From Alphaproteobacteria bacterium (GTDB taxonomy: Bacteria; Pseudomonadota; Alphaproteobacteria; RF32; CAG-239): a stretch of DNA of 64,000 nt. Below the pieces are notes generated by a model. It was not told the DNA's origin. It did no database searches and was given only the letters and a program-made list of their open reading frames with translations. The stretch is from NCBI GenBank assembly GCA_900767645.1, contig CAAFZY010000035.1:1130-65129 (forward strand), written 5' to 3'. Every line of letters starts with the position of its first letter. Position 1 is the stretch's first letter. This document shows positions 60,132-64,000 of the stretch, in pieces. Both the position numbers and the translations under genes were made by a program.

Positions 60132-61940
60132 CTACTCTATATTAAGTTCTATCGCTTTTTGCAAAATTTTGGAAGCAATCGGCGCCGCCACTCCTGAACC
60201 GGAAGAGCCGTGCTCAACCACCACCGCCACTGCGTATTGTGGTTTGTCGTGCGGGGCATATCCGATAAATAACGCATGATTACGCAGTCGCCACGGCAGA
60301 TTTTCATCTTTGACAATACCGTTTTGGCGCTCTTGCATACTGATGCGACGCACTTGCGTAGTGCCGGTTTTGCCGCCCATTTTTATGCCATTGATATCAA
60401 ACCGCGCGCCTCCGGCAGTTCCTCGCTCACCGTTTACCACCTCAAACATTCCGCGCTTAACAATCTCAATATTTTTGCGTGACACCGCAATTTTTTTAAT
60501 TTTTCCCTTGTCTTGCAAGCTAAGCGGCACAAAAGTCGGGCTAACCTCATACCCGCCGTTTACCACACGCGCGAGCATAGTTGCCAACTGTATCGGCGTT
60601 GCCAAAACATACCCTTGCCCGATACCGGCAATCACACTTTCGCCTTGTTGCCATTTTTCACCGAAACGAGCCATTTTCCACGCCGCATCAGGAATTAAGC
60701 CGCCACGCTCATTATCAAGCGTAACACCGGTCGGCGAACCCATACCAAGCTTGCGCGCCATTGCGGCAATTTTTTCCATACCGAGTTGCATCGCCACTTC
60801 ATAAAAGAAAATATCGCATGAATTTTTAAGCGCCCCAACCACATTAAGCCTGCCATGCCCGTAATGCTTCCAACAATGAAACATATGATTTCCGAGTTTC
60901 ATGGCGCCGGTGCAGTCAAAAGTGGTATTTTCATCAATCACGCCGGCTTCAAGCGCCGCCAATGCCACCACCACCTTAAAGGTCGACCCCGGAGAATATT
61001 GTCCGGCAACCGCTTTGTTAGTCAGCGGATTGCGCTCATTATTAAGCAAAGCAAGCCAATCTTTATGCGATATTCCGGTTGTAAACAAATTCGGATCAAA
61101 CGACGGCACCGAAACAAACGCCAAAATCTCGCCGCTGTGCACATCAAGCACCACCGCCGCGCCGCTGTTGTCGCCAAACGCATCTTGCGCAAATTTTTGC
61201 AACCTGCTGTCAATGGTTAAGCGCAAACTTTCGCCCTCAATACCGTTCTGACGCTCAATTTCTTTCATAATCCGCCCATAGGCATTAACCTCAAGCTTAA
61301 TATTGCCGCCTTTACCCCGCAATTTGCTTTCAAAAATTTTTTCCAAACCGGCTTTGCCGATTTTGAACCCCGGAACCATTAACAGCGGATCGTTTTTAAC
61401 ATCATTTTCCGAAACCGCGCCGACATAGCCCAAAAAATGCGCGGTATATTTTCCCAGCGGATAGGTACGGTTAAGCCCTTCGCTGATAAAAATGCCAGAA
61501 AGCTCCGGCGCATTAAGTTGCAGAGCCGCAACCTCATTCCATGTTAAGTTATCTTTCAGTTTTATCGGCACAAATTTGCGGCTGTAATAAATTTTATTGC
61601 GGATTTTGGCTTCTTCCTCTTCCGACAAAGGAATAATTTTTTTAAATCCGTTTAAGGTTTTATCCAAATCGGGGGTTTGTTCGGCAATAATCAGCGCCTG
61701 AAAGTTTTGTTCATTAGTTGCCAAAACAACGCCGTTGCGGTCATAAACCGAACCGCGCGGCGGTACCAAAACTCGAGTTGAAATACGGTTTTCATCGGCA
61801 AGCATTTTATATTTTTCGCCTTGATAAACCTGCAAATAATAAAGACGTCCGATAAGCGCCATCAGCAACACAAAAAACACTGCCGCCACCAACATGGTGC
61901 GTTGCAACAACACTTTGCCTTTGTCATTATCCCTGTTCAT
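60132..61940 (-). CDS. mrdA: Penicillin-binding protein 2 (elongasome transpeptidase)
   Basis: 602 aa. N-terminal TM, then SxxK (STFK), SxN, KTG (KTGT) transpeptidase motifs. Confidence 0.85.
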   Translation of the reverse strand: MNRDNDKGKVLLQRTMLVAAVFFVLLMALIGRLYYLQVYQGEKYKMLADENRISTRVLVPPRGSVYDRNGVVLATNEQNFQALIIAEQTPDLDKTLNGFKKIIPLSEEEEAKIRNKIYYSRKFVPIKLKDNLTWNEVAALQLNAPELSGIFISEGLNRTYPLGKYTAHFLGYVGAVSENDVKNDPLLMVPGFKIGKAGLEKIFESKLRGKGGNIKLEVNAYGRIMKEIERQNGIEGESLRLTIDSRLQKFAQDAFGDNSGAAVVLDVHSGEILAFVSVPSFDPNLFTTGISHKDWLALLNNERNPLTNKAVAGQYSPGSTFKVVVALAALEAGVIDENTTFDCTGAMKLGNHMFHCWKHYGHGRLNVVGALKNSCDIFFYEVAMQLGMEKIAAMARKLGMGSPTGVTLDNERGGLIPDAAWKMARFGEKWQQGESVIAGIGQGYVLATPIQLATMLARVVNGGYEVSPTFVPLSLQDKGKIKKIAVSRKNIEIVKRGMFEVVNGERGTAGGARFDINGIKMGGKTGTTQVRRISMQERQNGIVKDENLPWRLRNHALFIGYAPHDKPQYAVAVVVEHGSSGSGVAAPIASKILQKAIELNIE

Positions 61941-62463
61941 AAATCACCTCTTCATTAGCCAAAAAGCGATTTTGAATCCATATATTTAATCGTGCAATCA
62001 GCGGATATAAAAACACCGTTGCCAAATAAGCGGTAAACACTCCGCCGAAAGCCAAAAATTTGCTGTAATATACCGAAATCAACAGCCATTTTGCCACAAA
62101 CGCCAACAATGAAATTATGGCAAATCCGCCCCAACTCAAGGCAAACGGCTTGCTGTTGACATAACTGCCAAACGTGCTTGACAAAGCAAACACCAACATA
62201 AATGAAAAAACATTAAGCCCTATCGGAACCGCGCTTAAACTATCGGCAATAAACCCCAAAACAAAAGCCGAAAGCGCGCCAAACAAATCTTGCCGATACA
62301 GAGCCCAAAAATAAACGCATATCATACCAACATCAGGGCGCAAATATTGCGAAAGCGGAAGATGTATCGGCACATACGCAACCAGCACCAACAATACAGA
62401 ACATAAAAACGGTAAAATTTTTTTAAGCCGACCTTCTAAAATTTCAGTCAAAGAATCTTCCAT
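61927..62463 (-). CDS. mreD: Rod shape-determining protein MreD
   Basis: 178-aa polytopic membrane protein between mreC and mrdA. Confidence 0.6.
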   Translation of the reverse strand: MEDSLTEILEGRLKKILPFLCSVLLVLVAYVPIHLPLSQYLRPDVGMICVYFWALYRQDLFGALSAFVLGFIADSLSAVPIGLNVFSFMLVFALSSTFGSYVNSKPFALSWGGFAIISLLAFVAKWLLISVYYSKFLAFGGVFTAYLATVFLYPLIARLNIWIQNRFLANEEVIYEQG

Positions 62464-62464
62464 A

Positions 62465-63328
62465 TCATTCTCCGCCCTGATTAAGTTTCAGCATTCCGTC
62501 ATACACGCCGTAATCAACAATTTTAATATATTCCAAACGCTCAATATCGCTGATAGTTTCAACCGCGATGGCCCCTTTGGTAATTTTACTTACCACTCCA
62601 ATCGGCAATCCGGTCGGAAAAACTCCGGCCACACCTGAAGTAACCACCATATCACCTTCTTTAATATCCGCTCCGGCGGCGGTAAACATAAGCTTAGGTA
62701 CCGTAGTGTTATCACCTGACAAAATACCGCGGATTCGGTTGCGCTCCAAAATTACCGGAACTTTAGAGTTAATGTCGGTAAACAGCAAAACTCTGACATA
62801 GCTGCCGCTCACGCTTTCAACTCTGCCGACCACGCTTTCCGCGCCCAAAACAACTTGTCCTTTTCTAACCTGCTCGGCATTATCGGTATAAGCGATTAAC
62901 GAATGAGAAAAGCCGTCGCCTTCTTCCGCCACAATCTTTGCCGTCACAAAAGACGCTTCCGGAGGCGGAGTATAATTAAGCATCTGCCCCAAAAGCTTGT
63001 TTTCGGCTTTTAGAGTACGAACCTGATTTTTCAACATCAACAAATCAAGATTTTCAGCTTTAAGACGCTTATTTTCCGAATAAACCAAAGTTATATCTCT
63101 GACTTTATCATAAACCGCATATACCACTTCAGCCGGAAACTGCATTACTTGAATAACCGGACTGAAGGCCTGCGACACCGAATTGGTAATTTTATTTAAA
63201 ATAAGAGTATCCGCTTTGCTCAACATCATAAACATCAAAGCGGATACAAACAACGCCGCAACCAGCAATTTTCTAATGAAAACGCGGAATTGGCTAAGCC
63301 GTATAAATAACACACGACGACGTTTCAT
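62465..63328 (-). CDS. mreC: Rod shape-determining protein MreC
   Basis: N-terminal TM, coiled-coil (LKAENLDLLMLKNQVRTLKAENKLL), C-terminal beta domains. Confidence 0.75.
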   Translation of the reverse strand: MKRRRVLFIRLSQFRVFIRKLLVAALFVSALMFMMLSKADTLILNKITNSVSQAFSPVIQVMQFPAEVVYAVYDKVRDITLVYSENKRLKAENLDLLMLKNQVRTLKAENKLLGQMLNYTPPPEASFVTAKIVAEEGDGFSHSLIAYTDNAEQVRKGQVVLGAESVVGRVESVSGSYVRVLLFTDINSKVPVILERNRIRGILSGDNTTVPKLMFTAAGADIKEGDMVVTSGVAGVFPTGLPIGVVSKITKGAIAVETISDIERLEYIKIVDYGVYDGMLKLNQGGE

Positions 63329-63355
63329 ATTTTAAAAACCTTACGTCATGGCGTA

Positions 63356-64000
<645 letters not shown>

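Noticed and set aside
60276-61251. Plus-strand ORFs inside mrdA (PBP2)
   Set aside because: Antisense to a motif-supported PBP2 gene. Pro/Ala/Arg-rich translations typical of antisense frames.

Overview
This 64-kb window is low-GC (about 38-40%) bacterial chromosome from a Gram-negative organism. The housekeeping core comprises an AMP/thymidine-phosphorylase-like gene (partial), clpB, uvrA, a type-2 (eukaryote-like) ileS and an mreBCD-mrdA-rodA cell-shape operon. It also carries a YcfL/LpoB/CsgG-like lipoprotein operon, a LivJ-type ABC binding protein and an RgpF-like glycosyltransferase. ClpB and MreB look alphaproteobacterial, but the phylum is not certain. Ankyrin-repeat, LRR and macro-domain proteins suggest a host-associated, possibly intracellular, lifestyle.

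Positions about 1.8-24 kb form a mosaic accessory/defence region starting at tRNA-Gln(UUG). It contains a truncated P4-type integrase and an MmeI-like type IIG restriction-modification gene split by a frameshift at an A8/T8 homopolymer (candidate phase-variable switch). Next come a compact Gabija-like pair (OLD-family ATPase/TOPRIM nuclease plus a 359-aa UvrD-like helicase), then a phage-like module with a stand-alone RtcB RNA ligase, an HNH endonuclease and tiny ORFs. Further on are an N-terminally truncated ankyrin gene, an orphan 572-aa protein (possible PD-(D/E)xK nuclease), Mrr, a KAP P-loop NTPase, and small secreted peptides. A minus-strand cluster ends with a Pol-beta/CD-NTase-like nucleotidyltransferase translationally coupled to a small multi-TM protein; this is the best candidate for an undescribed (possibly CBASS-like) system.

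A roughly 200-bp repeat family (three copies, one truncating the ankyrin gene) punctuates this region.

Elsewhere there are three paralogous type-IV-pilin-like genes, each preceded by a more than 95% identical ~90-bp leader with an SD-sequestering fourU-like hairpin. There is a terminase small+large subunit and cI-like repressor remnant (prophage/GTA-like), tRNA-Ala(CGC), tRNA-Phe(GAA), a histidine-phosphatase::QueH fusion, a motor-only FtsK-like protein with a C-terminal TM, and a perfect 26-bp palindromic operator upstream of the lipoprotein operon.

No CRISPR array or rRNA was seen.
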